Both the position numbers and the translations under genes were made by a program. The notes beneath the pieces are model-generated. The model saw only the letters and a program-made list of their open reading frames with translations. It was not told the DNA's origin and did no database searches. From the NCBI RefSeq assembly GCF_004010195.1, contig NC_057750.1:4754745-4818744 (forward strand): DNA of 64,000 nt, given 5' to 3'. Below, one piece after another: positions 14,363 through 26,800 of this stretch; position 1 is the first letter of the stretch, and every line of letters starts with the position of its first letter. Source of the stretch: Chiloscyllium plagiosum (taxonomy: Eukaryota).

Positions 14363-15940
14363 GATAGAGTTAAGATGCAGATTAGACAGATTTGCATGGA
14401 ACGGCGGAGCAGGCTAAAGGGGCTGAATAACCTTTTGCTATTGCTAAACTACAGCGAAAGGCCAGTTACAGGGGAGGTGGTGGGTTATAGAATATCATCT
14501 TTGACAAATGGAGATGGACTTTTATTTTGTACGTTACCAAGCCTGTTGGAGTAAAGCTTCAAGATCAGGAATGCAGGCCAGAAGCCTGGATTAGTGTTAA
14601 CATTTCAGTCCTCCTCTATTCAGATTAGTAGCAATTAATTTTTTTTTCCCTTTTGGGAGGTCATTAGCATCATGTGAGCAAACCTTTGAGTGAAAGACAG
14701 AGAGAGAGAGAGAGAGAAAAAGGGTCTCAGCATCTGTCTCTCATCATGCACGTACCCAGGCTCCTTTTATGTATTCAAGCTCTCAAAATCGAACCCTTTG
14801 TTCTTTGTTCCCTGTTAAAGGGGACCTGGTGCCAACTGGCTCTATGACTGGGACCACATGAGCAATGTCACATGGGCGCCAGATCTGAGGCATGGTGGGA
14901 GGCAGACGGTGGGGAGCTGGAAGGCCCCATATGGATTTAGAGGGTATTAGCGTGGGGTATGTATAGGCTGAATGTCACTGCTATTCATCAGCTGCCCAGC
15001 AATGAATAGATGCTCTATTGCTTTTGGTGAAGGAATTTAGACTGGAACCAGTATATGCGGCTTAGGTACAGTAACGGATGAGAAATATGTGCACATCTGC
15101 CTCGAATGCAGCACTCTCCCGATGAGGTTTAATTACAGAATTCAGTCCATAACATTTGCTCATGCACATCCAGTCAACATTACTGCTTAATTCACCCACA
15201 ATCACAGGCACATTACGGGGTTGCAGAGAGATCACACGACACGCATCCAGAGGGTAGTGGGATTGGTAGGACAAGGATGAAAGAAAAGAAAGAGGAAAAG
15301 TAAGATCAGAAAAGAAACAGAAGCCAAAGAAAGTGGCAACAACACATTTTATTATGCATTTAAAAAAATTGAATATTTTGAAGAGAAAAGTGAATAGGTT
15401 ATTGGTGAAAGGTTATCAAGGGAGGGGGATGGTATAGGAATGTGGGGAGTCGGCCATGATTTTATTGAATGGTGAAGCAGATCCCCAAGGGCTGAATGAT
15501 CCACTCTTGTTCATAACTTGTATGCTTGTCTAACAGAGGAAGGATAAGTAGGCCAGATAGTTGCAGCCAATCTTAGAATCAAGTGTGGAGACAGGAGACC
15601 ATTTGGGCCATCATCTCTCTTTGGTGAAATTATCCAATGAATCCTATCATTCCCCCACTCCAGTCTTACCCCAATCAAGATTTTATTAAATTCCCTTTTG
15701 ACAGTTCCTATTGAATCTACTTCCACTGTCTCTCAGCAGGGCATTCCAGATCCCAACAATACACTGCGTAAAATGGGGGTTAATTTAGCTTCGATGGCAA
15801 GATGGTTGATTTGCAAAGCAGCCTGATGCCCACAGACTGGATTCAATTCCCATCACTGGCTGAAGTTACCACGAAGGACTCTTTTTTCCAAATTCTCCCC
15901 ACGCCTGAGGTATGGTGGGGGCGCTCAGGTTAAATCACTT

Positions 15941-16058
15941 CACCTGACAAAGGAGCAGTGCTCTGAAAGCTTGTGATTTCAAATAAACCTGTTGGACTAT
16001 AACCTGGTGTCATGTGACGTCTGACTTTGTCCACCCGTCCAACACCAGCACCTCTACA
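15941..16058 (+). mobile_element. Family C Penelope terminal fragment, degenerate
   Basis: cacctgacaaaggagcagtgctctgaaagc...cctgttggactataacctggtgt matches the family C terminus. Confidence 0.75.
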
Positions 16059-17732
16059 TTATGGGTAAGACTATGGCAACACAATTGTGTAAAATAAACA
16101 CTGCTTCACATCCCATCTGATTCCTCTACCAATTATCTTTACTCTGTGTCCCTCTGGTTACCGACTCTCCTGCCACTGAAAAAGTTGCTGCTCAATAGTT
16201 TGATCAAAGCTCTTCCGGATCATTCAGCACACAATTAAATCTTCTTCAAATGGGCCAGACCTGATCAGCTGAGTGGCCTCCATCTAAACTGTCTTGCTTT
16301 CAGATTTACCTCTCAACCACATTAAAACTGGTGTCCTCTGTAGCCTAAGGTCAAATTCTGGTTTGTGACACTTAACTAAAAACATAAGAGAGATACTGTG
16401 CACACCATTCATACTAACAGGACAGCTTCTGACATGGCTCACAGTCAGTCCAAGCTAAAAAAAATTGAACCATTCAAGACATACAAAATTCTTTGGGGAC
16501 TTGACTGGGTAGGTGAAGCGAGATTGGTTCCCCTGGAGGACATACTCTCAGAATAAGAGGTCACACATTTAAGACAGAGATGAAGAGGAACTCATTCCCT
16601 CAGATGGTTGTGAATCTGTGGAATTCTTTACCGCAGAGAACTGCCAAGGTTGAGCCATTAAATATATTCAAGGCTGAGGTAGAAAAGGCAAGAAAATGGA
16701 ATTGAGGATTATCAGATCAGCCATCATCTCATTGAGTGGCAGAATGCCTCAATGGGCTGATGGTCTCCCCTTGCTCCTATTTCATAACAGTGAAGGAGAA
16801 AACCATTCAGCCCACTGAGGCCATTCTAGTTCTCTGCCGAGCAAACCATTTGTTCCGTGGTGCCACAAAAGGAACAAACTACATTTCACAAATGATTGAC
16901 TGGCTGAAAGGTGCTCTGAAGTGCATTAAAGTCATGTCATCTTTTCACACTTTCATTCCCATTTTCTTTCGAGCTTTGCGACTTGGACTGCAAAACGGAC
17001 ATTTCCAGAATGACAGTGTGCCAAAAGAGTTGGCTGCATTCAGCCCTGTGGTTTTGAGGGGATCCCTAAGGGATTAGGTCAAGCGGGTGTGAGGATCTTC
17101 TCAGGCGAGAAAGCTTTGCAGTGTTTATGAAGATTAGAGGAAAAGAATGTTAAAATTGGGCCATGCAGAAAAAACAATTCATTGAATATTTACGGAAAGC
17201 AAAATCACAGTTCATGGCCTAAAGGCTTCAGCCACCGCTGAAAGCCTGTTGGGAAACTATTAGTCTTCAGCAATCACAGTAATTATTTGGGCCTAAAGTA
17301 CCCAGTTGAGTGGAATGTCAACTCTTTGTAAATTAATCGAAATTGAAAAGATAGTGTGTTAGCTTCTTGACAAAGCCAATGTGGAAACAATGAAGATCCA
17401 TTGCCTTAGTTAACACTCCACATTAAGCCTGTATTGTTGATACTGGTGAGGCAGAACCTGAACAAAACTGTGTTATTCAATAGCTTTGCATCTTCTCCAG
17501 CCTGCCCTTGACGATACTCCATTCAGAACTATTTTCCATTCAGTTCCTGTTCTGCCCCCACTCTCTCTGCTCAAGTGCGGTTAGGCCTTCAGTTACCTAA
17601 GGCCTTAAACTCTGGAGATCCCCCCTTGAACTTCTCCTCCTCTCTATCTCTCTCCTCCTTAAAGATGTTTTTATATTCCAACCTATAGTTTTCTTACTAT
17701 CTCCTTATGTTATTCTGTGATATTAACTATTA

Positions 17733-18068
17733 GGGTGGCACGGTTGCTCAGTGGTTGGCACTGTTGCCTCACAGTGTCAAGGGCCCAAGTTTGAATACTT
17801 GGTTGACTGTCTGAGTAGAGTTTGCATGTTCTCCCTATACCTCTTGGGTGCTCCAGTTTCCTCCCACAGTCCAAAGATGTGCAGGTTAGGTGGATTAGCT
17901 ATGTGAAATTGTCCCAAAGTCTCCAGGGATGTGCACAGTAGGTGAATTAATCATGGTAATTACAGGGATCGGGTGGGGGGACTAGGTCTGGGTCTGAGTG
18001 GAATGTCCTTTGGAGGGTTGGGTGAGACTGGATGGGCCAAATGGGCTCCTTCTGCATTGTAGGGATTC
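17733..18068 (+). mobile_element. HE1-type V-SINE
   Basis: Same consensus, diverged. Confidence 0.85.
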
Positions 18069-18114
18069 AATTGTCTGATAAACACTCCTAAGACAACTTG
18101 GGGTGTTATTTGCA

Positions 18115-18806
18115 TTGATGTAGCTCCTGTTGAAAAGAAATGTTGTTTTACTGTGTCCCAAAACTAGTCCTTTTTTTTCCTAAGAACTGTTCCTTGGCTC
18201 AAGGATACTCTGTCTTTAATTTTTTTCAGAGGGGTAATAAACCAGACAGGGCTCCAATCAGTCTGGTTTGGTACAGAGCTGAAAAGGATTTTGAGAGGCC
18301 TTTTGTTTATATGTAAACAGATGAGACTTCAGGGCAAAGTGGTCATGTTTTAGAAATGACCTGTATAATGTAAGTGGAGGGGGTGGGGGTGGTCAGCTCT
18401 CTAGTTGAGCAATTTAGTTCAGTCTTGAACTGGTGAGGAGTTCAACAGTGAGCTGTGTGGAAACTCTTTCTCTCTCTTCCTGCCCTTCAACTTCAACCTG
18501 TAAGCATGTGTTCTATTTATACTGGGTTTTAAAGGGAGTTTGCTTATTGGGACTGTTGTGTATATTTGGAACAGCATAATAAAGTCCAGTTTGGACAGAC
18601 TGAGTTCTGTAGGGGTTCTTTATTCTGTTCTTTGTGTTTCATTGTGTAATTTTGTGAATACATTTTTGTGTTTTAAAATCTAGTAGTCAACCATGCTAAC
18701 TTATTTTGGGTAATTTTCACTGTACGCTTGGCGAAACAAATTGCAAAGTTATTGTCTGGGCCGCCTGCTTAAGAATGCTTTGAGTGGTCTGGCCTAGCCC
18801 ATTTCA
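18115..18806 (+). mobile_element. Probable solo LTR
   Basis: The end (cttaagaatgctttgagtggtctggcctagcccatttca) resembles the reverse complement of the start of the Gypsy LTRs at 49615 and 54314. Left boundary uncertain. Confidence 0.5.
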
Positions 18807-19238
18807 ACTGCATTAAAGGTGCTAAACAAATACAATCTGTTGCTTTTGTACCAAAAGGAGACAAATCAAACTTGATTCTGTCTTCACCTGAACTTCAGAA
18901 AAGTACAATTTGCATTTTAAGAAGTATTCAGATGAACACTTGAAACGGCAGAGCAAACAGGTCGAGTACTGGAAAGTGGGATTAGAATTAATGGATATTC
19001 GATGACCGCTGTGGGCCACCTTCTGTGCTTCTATGATCCTATGACCTTGTCCAGACTATTCAGGATCTTATACACTTCAATCCAGACACCCCTCACTTTT
19101 CTAAACTCCATTGGAAATAAGCTGAGTCTGTTCAACCTTTCCTCATAAGACAACCCATGAATTCCAGGTATCAATCTGGTAAACCTCTTCTGAACCACTA
19201 CCACTGCATTTACATTCTTCATTAAACAAGGAAATCAC

Positions 19239-19550
19239 GGGCGGCACGGTGGCACAGTGGTTAGCACTGCTGCCTCACAGCGCCATAGACCCGGGTTCAG
19301 TTCCCACCTCAGGCGACTGTCTGTGTGGAGTTTGCACGTTCTCCCCGTGTCTGTGTGGGTTTCCTCCGGGTGCTCCGGTTTCCTCCCACAGTCCAAAGAT
19401 GTGCAGGTCAGGTGAATTGGCCGTGCTAAATTGCCCGTAGTGTTAGGTAAGGGGTAAATGTAGAGGTATGGGTGGGTTGCGCTTCGGCGGGGCGGTGTGG
19501 ACTTGTTGGGCCGAAGGGCCTGTTTCCACACTGTAAGTAATCTAATCTAA
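19239..19550 (+). mobile_element. HE1-type V-SINE, young
   Basis: CpG-retaining copy with (taatc)n tail, nested in an old CR1 fragment. Confidence 0.92.
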
Positions 19551-19626
19551 AACTGTACGCAGTATTTGAGATGTGGTCTCACCAATGCTATGTATAACTG
19601 AAACATAACATCTTTACTTTTACATG

Positions 19627-21640
19627 ATGTGGAGGGACCGGTGTTGGACTGGGCTGTACAAAGTTAAAAATCACACAACACCAGGTTATATCCAACAGGT
19701 TTATTTGGAAACACTAGCTTTTGGAGCGCTGCTCCTTCATCAGGTGATTGTGGAGGATAAGATCATAAAATACAGAATTTACAGCAAAGGTTTACAGTGT
19801 GATGCAACTGAAATTGTATATTGAAAAAGACCTGGACTGTTTGTTAAGTCTCTCATCTTTTAGAATGGGTATGTTGGTTTCAGTTCGTTCATAAGTAAAT
19901 CCCAGAACTTTTTTTTAAAGTTACGTTCTCAAGTGAACTTTAACAATAGGTGCCATGTCGGCCCAGATAATACATTGAAAGTATGAGGTGCCCCAACGTT
20001 CAGACTGATTCTATTTCTAAAAAAAAGGATTTACAGAATCTTGTATGGATTCATGCAGTTTTTGAGCAAAATAAAATGTAATTCTGCAAGTACAAATTCA
20101 CCCCACAAACTTTTATGTGTGTGTGTATGTGTGTAGCATGTGTATGGGAGTATGTAAGTGTGTGTGTGTGTACAGTGCAATGGGGTCACCTGTAATGTGA
20201 CATGAACCCAAGGTCCTGGTTGAGGCCATCCCCATGGGTACCGAACTTGGCTACCAGCCTCTGCCTGGCCACTTTGTGTTGTTGCCTGTCCTGAAGTCTG
20301 CCTTGGAGGATGGTCACCCAAAGGTCGAATGTCCCAGACCGCTGAAGAGTTCTCCGACTGGGAGGAGACACGCCTGTCTGTTGATTGCTGTGGGGTGTCC
20401 ATTCATCCATCGCTGTAGCCTCTGCTCAGGACTCGCCAGGGTACAATGCCTCAGGGTATCTTTGTCTGCAGCGTATGAGATAGACAATGTTACCACATGG
20501 GTACCTGCCGCGTGCATGGTGGGTGGTGATCCCATGCATAATGGTGGTATCCATGTTGAACCTCTGACACGTCTTGCAGTGTTTGCTGTGACAAAGTTGT
20601 ATGGTGTTGTCCTGAAAGCCGGGCACTTTGCTGCAAACAATGGTCTGTTTGAGGTTTGGTGGTTGTTTAAAGACGAGAAGTGGAGGCGCAGGCAAGGTCT
20701 TGGCGAAGTGCTCATCCTCAATGATAATGTGTCACAAGGTCGAAGATCATGGCGTAGTTTTCTGGCTTCTGGGAAGCACTGGGGACAACGAAGGGTACCC
20801 TGTCTGTTGCAGCTCGTGTCTGGCTCCTGAGGAGGTCATTACGGTTTCTCTCTGTGGCACATCGGAACGGGCGGTCAATGAGGTGAGCATCGTACCCCGT
20901 TCTTGTGAGGACATCTTTGAGTACTTCTAAGTGCCCGTCATGTTCCTCCTCATCAGAGCAGATCCTGTGTATGCATATGGCTTGTCCGTAGGGGATGGCT
21001 ATTTTAATATGTTTCGGGTGGAAGCATGGAGAAGTGTAGCATCTTGAGGTTATCCGTGGTTTGTGGTAGACTGAGGTGCGGAGGTGCCCATCCTTGGTGC
21101 AGATGCATGTGTCCAAGAATGAGATGGATACTAGAGAGTAGTCCATGGTGATGATGATGGGATGAAACTTGTTGATATGGCTATGTAGTTTTATCAGTGA
21201 CTCCTTGCCATGGGTCCAGCGGAAGAAAATGTCATCAATGTACCTGATGTATAATGTTAATTGGAGGTCCTGCATAGAGAAGAAGTCTTGTTCAAACCTG
21301 TGCGTGAAAATGTTGGCATATTGAGGTGCAAATTTGGCCCTTATGGCTGTTCCGTGTGTCTGGATGAAGAACTGATTGTCAAAGGTGAATACGTTGTGAT
21401 CGAGGATAAAGCAGATGAATTGTAGGACAGTGCTCAGAGATTGGCAGGGGTTATTGGTATTGAGTACTGAGGCAGTTGCCGCAATGCTGTCATTGTGAGA
21501 GATGCTGGGGTAGAGTACTGAAATGTCCATTATGATAAAGAAGGTTTGTGGTTCGACTAGCCTGTGGTTGTTGAGTTCCTGTAAGAAATCTGTAATGTCG
21601 CAACAGAAGCTGGGGGGTTCTCTGTACAATGGGTTTCTAG
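19627..21640 (-). mobile_element. Penelope-like retroelement, 5'-truncated and frameshifted (family C terminus)
   Basis: ORF 20718-21710 has RT motifs (QTHGTAI, YIRYIDDIF). Frames 20426-20695 and 20186-20410 give GIY-YIG-like NIVYLIRC...LYPGE and FGTHGDGLN. Terminal repeat with a degenerate hammerhead near 19710-19750. Confidence 0.92.
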
Positions 21641-23340
21641 ATGCTTTCGACATAGCCAGAGAGGTTACCCACATGACACTGTATCTGTCATGTATTTGTC
21701 CAAACGACACTGCATTTTAGTTTTGCATCAAAGTTCAGTCGAGAGCTAAAGACAAGCTTTCTAAATGCAGACGATTTCCTGTAAATGCATGTCGTTTCTG
21801 TTTTGCTAAAATCTGAATTAAACAACCTCGCTTTTTTTCTCTCCACTGTGTAGAGCACAATGACAATCTCTGATATTCTCCTTAATGAACAGGTCTCAGG
21901 GTCCAATCTGTGTTGACAGCTTTGTTTGGAGCGACATAGGATTACACTGTTAAAACTTTGCTTCCAGCAGCAATTAGACAGGATACAGCTGGCATACTGA
22001 AAATCAGAGTCAAAATCCTGCTCTCTACCATTTACTGGCGTTTTTTGAATTACCTTCCTGACCACTCCCTGAATCTTCGATTCTAATACGTTTTATTTAT
22101 TCTTTATTTAGTCTTTACTCTTCCAAGGGACATGGGCATCAGTGCCAATGCCAGTATTTGTTGCCCATCCCCAATTACCCTTTGAACTGAATGACTTACT
22201 CGACTATTTCAGAGGGCAGTTAAGAGTCAAAAACATTACTACAGGTCTGAGTCACATGTAGGCCAGAACATGTAAGGATGGCAGATTTCCGTCCCGAAAG
22301 GATATCTGTGAAGCAAATGAGTTTCGATAACGATTGATGATATTTTCATGGCCACCAGCAAAAGGATCAGTTTTCTATTCCAGATTTACCAACTGAATTT
22401 AAATCTATCCGTTGTCATGATTGGATTTGAACCCATATCCCCACAGCATTAACCAAATCATCATTTCCCCATATGAGCATAGAAAGAGGTCATTCACCTC
22501 ACACAATCTGAGCCAGTTCTTTCCAAGAGCAATTCAGTTAATCCCAGGCTACCACCCATTTCCCTGCATTCCCGAAATCTCATCTCCTTCAAGTATTTAA
22601 TGAATTCCCATTCAAAGGCTACTATTGATCCTTTATATCGCTATCCCCATGGTACTGAATTACAAATCCTAACAACTCTTTACTTAAGCAAAAAGATTTT
22701 TGACAAACAGCAACACCAAAATAAACCAGAGAATTCAGTCACTATTATGTAGCTGCTAGTGGGATCTTGCCGTGTACCTCAACAGTGACTATGCTTCAAA
22801 AGAAATTTGTTGACTGTGAATCGCATTGGGACAATAACATTTGTGAAAAGTTCAATAAATTTTCTTTGCTTGAAAATTTTCTGCTCTGCTCAGTCAGTGT
22901 ATGTTAATTCTTAGTATACCAAGATTTGATGAGTATATAAACAGATCATATGAAAACTTACGGATAAATTGTAATCCAGGCCCATTTGTAATATAGAAAC
23001 TTTGTGATTTTCTACAAAGGTTTGTCAAGGCCAGTCAACATGCAGCTGTCAAATCTATCAATGGGAACATGTTGGATAATATGGTTGATATTGAGGAAGA
23101 AAATACAGTCTGTCGCCAACTAAGCCATGCTAATGCTGCCTTTATTTTGTCTCTACATGTTTCTTGACTTCTAAACAGCCTTCAGCAAAGGGGCTGAATT
23201 ACATCTGAAAACCCAGTGGAAAACACTTTCAATCTTTATGTGTTCAATTTGGGTAATTCTTTTCCTGATCCAGCCTGAGGCCTATCTCCACAGCAACCAC
23301 TGCATAACGCCACTTCCCTGCGCTAAGACGCAGAATTATA

Positions 23341-23611
23341 ATAGAATCCTTACAGTGTGGTAACAGGCCATTCAATCCAACAAGTCCACACCATCTCACC
23401 TCCTCTCACTATGGGCAATTTCACACAGCCAAACCACCTAATCTGCACATCTTTGGACTGTGGGTGGAAACCGCAGCACCTGGACAGAAACACACGCAGA
23501 CACGGGGGAATATGTGCAAACTCCACACAGACAGTCACCTGAGGCTGGAATCGAACCTGGGTCCCTGACGCTGTGAGGCAACACTGCTAACCACTGCGCC
23601 ATCCCACGGCA
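23341..23611 (-). mobile_element. HE1-type V-SINE
   Basis: Same consensus with internal deletion. Confidence 0.85.
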
Positions 23612-24239
23612 CCCTTTCCTGGTATAGAATAAATTGTTGTGATTGTTTGACATTTGGCATTTTTGTGATGAACAAAAATGGAATTCTTCGCTGATATATC
23701 TCTCTTTACAACAAGATTCACCGATTCAACAACTTTATGGTATGGGGTCATTTACCCGCACATGAAAGGGCAAACAGGGGAACCTCAACTTTAAATCCCA
23801 TTGCAAGGTTGGTGCCTCTGGCAACGCAACACTCCCTCAGTTCTGCAGGTGAAAGTCTCAGGCTGGATTTGTTGTTCAGGTGTCTGAAAATGGAAGTGGA
23901 GGGGTGGTCTTTAGAAAGGAACGATGTGATAAATGGGGAAGGTGGGGCTGTGGCAATGGTAAAGATGATTGTCATGGATACAAAAAAAGGCGAGGGGAAG
24001 TGGTTAGGAAGGGAATAGGCATTGTGAGGGATTTTGACAATTTAGAGATGTAAGCCTCAAGGTCAAAGTTCAAGTGTTTGGACCCAGCCCTTAGAGAGCA
24101 GGAGATCAGAAATTGACTGTGTAGGTGAGTCACCACATTAAACCCCAAGGCTCCAAACCACTTAATTCTCGTTCCATTATTTTTGTGTGTGTTTTAAGAG
24201 GCTTACAGAGGATGAGGCTCCACCTTTGCTGCCAGGAGC

Positions 24240-24620
24240 TGTGGTTTCTCGAAAGAGCCGCCGAGTCGCGTGGTTTCAAATGGGTGGCCCTTGGCCGCCG
24301 CGTGAGAACGTGCCTGCGTGACATTCACGTGGGACGGTCACGTGCTTCCTCCCCCACCGCCCCAATAGCGCCAGCCCCACCGAAGGAGTGCAATGCTATC
24401 GGAGGTACTCTTTTGCAATTCCACAACCCCTGACTCAGAGGTGAGGCCTTCGACACAGAGCTGCGTCTGCAAACTCGGTGTATTTTTTTTTTACGGGGCT
24501 AGGATCTCACAACCATGGTTTCGAGGGAATTTGGAAGAGGGGGAAGGTTATGTTCGTGCCTTTGAGATATTGCTGTGCCGCCTGCCAGCTCGTTCCGTGG
24601 TGTGTAGCCGCTGGGCCGAG
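24240..24620. promoter_or_regulatory. Small CpG-rich promoter/enhancer-like element with an E-box cluster
   Basis: Stands out as CpG-dense, non-repeat sequence. CACGTG at 24326-24331 and 24339-24344, AACGTG at 24307, CGCGTG at 24267 and 24299, GC box near 24355, CCAAT at 24362, TGACTCA at 24431. Confidence 0.6.
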
Positions 24621-24696
24621 ATCCTTTCAACTCTGGAGGGCTGAAGGGCCTGTTCCTGGGCTGTAATTTTTTTCTTTGTACATGACCACCCCGGGT

Positions 24697-25470
24697 CACA
24701 AAGATGTACAGCGTGGAAACAGACCCTTCGGTCCAACTCGTCCATGCTGACCAGATATCCTAAATTAATCTAGTCCCATTTGTCAGCACTTGGCCATATC
24801 CCTCTAAGCTGAAAATGTGTTGCTGGAAAAGCACAGCAGGTCAGGCAGCATCCAAGGAACAGGAGAATCGACGTTTCGGGCATGAGCCCTTCTTCAGGAA
24901 TCCTGCGCTTTTCCAGCAACTCATTTTCAGCTCTGATCTCCAGCATCTGCAGTCCTCACTTTCTCCATATCCCTCTAAACCCTTTATATTCATGTAACAA
25001 TCCTGATGCCTTTTAAATGTTGTACCAGCCTCCACCACTTCCTCTGGCAGCTCATTCCATACACGCACCACCATTTATGTGGAAAAAGTTGCCTCTCGGG
25101 TCTCTTTTAAATCTTTCCCTTCTGACCTTAAACCTTTTGTTTTGGATTTCACTGACCAGGGAAAAGACCTTGTCTATTAGCCCTATCCATGCCCCTCATA
25201 ATTTTATAAACCTCTATAAGGTCACCCCTCAGCCTCCAACACTCCAGAGAAAACAGCCCCAACCAATTCAGTCTCTCCCTGTAGCTCAAACTCTCCAACC
25301 CTGGCAACATCCTTGTAAATCTTTTCTGAACCCTTTCAAGTTTCACAACATCCTTCCTGTAGCTGGGAGACCAGAATTGCACGCAATATTCCAAAAGTGG
25401 CCACAGCGTGACCTCCCAACTCCACTCTCAATGCAGTGACCAATAAAGGAAAACATACCAAATGCCTTCT
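24697..25470 (-). mobile_element. CR1 (HER1-like) 3' fragment
   Basis: ORF 25149-25394 EYCVQFWSPSYRKD...LRGDLIEVYK; interrupted by a family A insert. Confidence 0.9.
24808..24966. mobile_element. Short fold-back Penelope-derived element (family A) inserted in a CR1 tail
   Basis: Flanked by the duplication CCATATCCCTCTAA (24794-24807 and 24965-24978). Intact hammerhead core on the minus strand. Confidence 0.85.
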
Positions 25471-25548
25471 CTACTTTTCTACATAAGACCAGAATGGCCC
25501 CTTTTCATCCTTTCCAAAATGCAGCCCAAATAGGTTCCCTTTTCAGTT

Positions 25549-25770
25549 GGAGAAAGTGAGGTCTGCAGATGCTGGAGATCAAAGTTGAAACTTTATTGCT
25601 GGAACAGCACAGCAGGTCAGGCAGCATCCAGGGAACAGGAGATTCGACGTTTCGGGCACAGGCCCTTCTTCAGGAATTCCTGAAGAAGGGCCTGTGCCCG
25701 AAACGTCGAATCTCCTGTTCCCTGGATGCTGCCTGACCTGCTGTGCTGTTCCAGCAATAAAGTTTCAACT
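25549..25770. mobile_element. Short fold-back Penelope-derived element (family A) containing a perfect 188-bp palindrome
   Basis: 25583-25770 is its own reverse complement, centred on GAATTC at 25674-25679. Imperfect TSD CCCTTTTCAGTT / CCCTTATTCAGTT. Confidence 0.9.
25671..25717 (+). ncRNA. Minimal type I hammerhead ribozyme motif (mirror copy on the minus strand at 25636-25682)
   Basis: ATTC-CTGAAGA-A-GGGC(CTGT)GCCC-GAAA-CG-TC-GAAT: stem I ATTC/GAAT, core CUGANGA, 4-bp stem II, GAAA, palindromic ACGU stem III, GUC cleavage triplet ending at 25707. Confidence 0.8.
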
Positions 25771-26590
25771 CCCTTATTCAGTTACCTTGGGCAAGGGCAA
25801 ATCCACTAGCAACAGCCTTTGACATGCCCAGTCTGCCACTCCCCAGGCCCCAGTGTGAGTATAAATAGACAGTGCTGAGCAGTACAGTACCTCCACCCAA
25901 ACACATACTTTGGCTGAAGATACAGAAATGCCCCCTGCATAACAGTAGATCAACTGGACTAGCTTTCTAAATATTGTAGCTACAAGAGCTGGGCTAGGAA
26001 CCCTGCAACAAGCAACTCACCTCCTGACTCCCCAAAGCCAGTCCACCATCTACAAGGCACAAGTAAGGAGAGTGATGGAATACCCTCCACTTACCTCAGC
26101 ACTAACAACAAGAAGCTTGATACCATCTAGGACAAAGCAGCCTGCTTGATAGACATCACATCCACAAACATCTACTCCCTGCACCCCTTATGCACTGTGA
26201 AGGCAGTGTGTACCATCTACCAGATGCAGGAATTCACCAAAGTACCTTAGATAGTAAGCCCACAAACTCTTCCATCCAGATGTACAAAGTCAGCAGATTC
26301 ATGGGAACACCACTGACTGCAAGTTCCCCTCCAAGCCACTCACCATTCGGACTTGGAAATATATCGCTGTTCCTTTAGTGTCACTGGGTCAAAATCCTGG
26401 AACTCTGTCCCTAACAGCACTGTAGGCCTTACATTACACGGACTACAGTGGTACAAGAAGATAGCTACCACCCCGATGGGCAATAGACTCTGGTCTAGCC
26501 AGCGATATCTACATCACATGAAAGTGTTTTTAAAATTATTGCACTTCTGTTTGTACAAAATGGCCATAGTATTGCCTACATTACAATTGT

Positions 26591-26800
26591 GGAGAAAGTG
26601 AGGACTGCAGATGTTGGAGATTAGAGTCAAGAGTGTGGTGCTGGAAAAGCACAGCAGGTCAGGCAGCATCCGAGGAGCAGGAGAATCAACGTTTCGGGCA
26701 AAAGCCCTTCATCAGCAATCATTCCTGATGAACGGCTTTTGCCTGAAATGTCAATCCTCCTGCTCCTCGGATGCTGCCTGGCCTGCTGTACATTCCAACA
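26591..26800. mobile_element. Short fold-back Penelope-derived element (family A)
   Basis: Terminal repeat followed by its diverged inverted copy; CTGATGA...GAAA motif on both strands. Confidence 0.8.

Noticed and set aside
19239..19310. tRNA-like sequences at SINE heads (also 31013)
   Set aside because: A/B-box heads run straight into SINE bodies and do not form complete cloverleaves.
20234..20830. 198-aa plus-strand ORF
   Set aside because: Antisense shadow of the Penelope endonuclease region.
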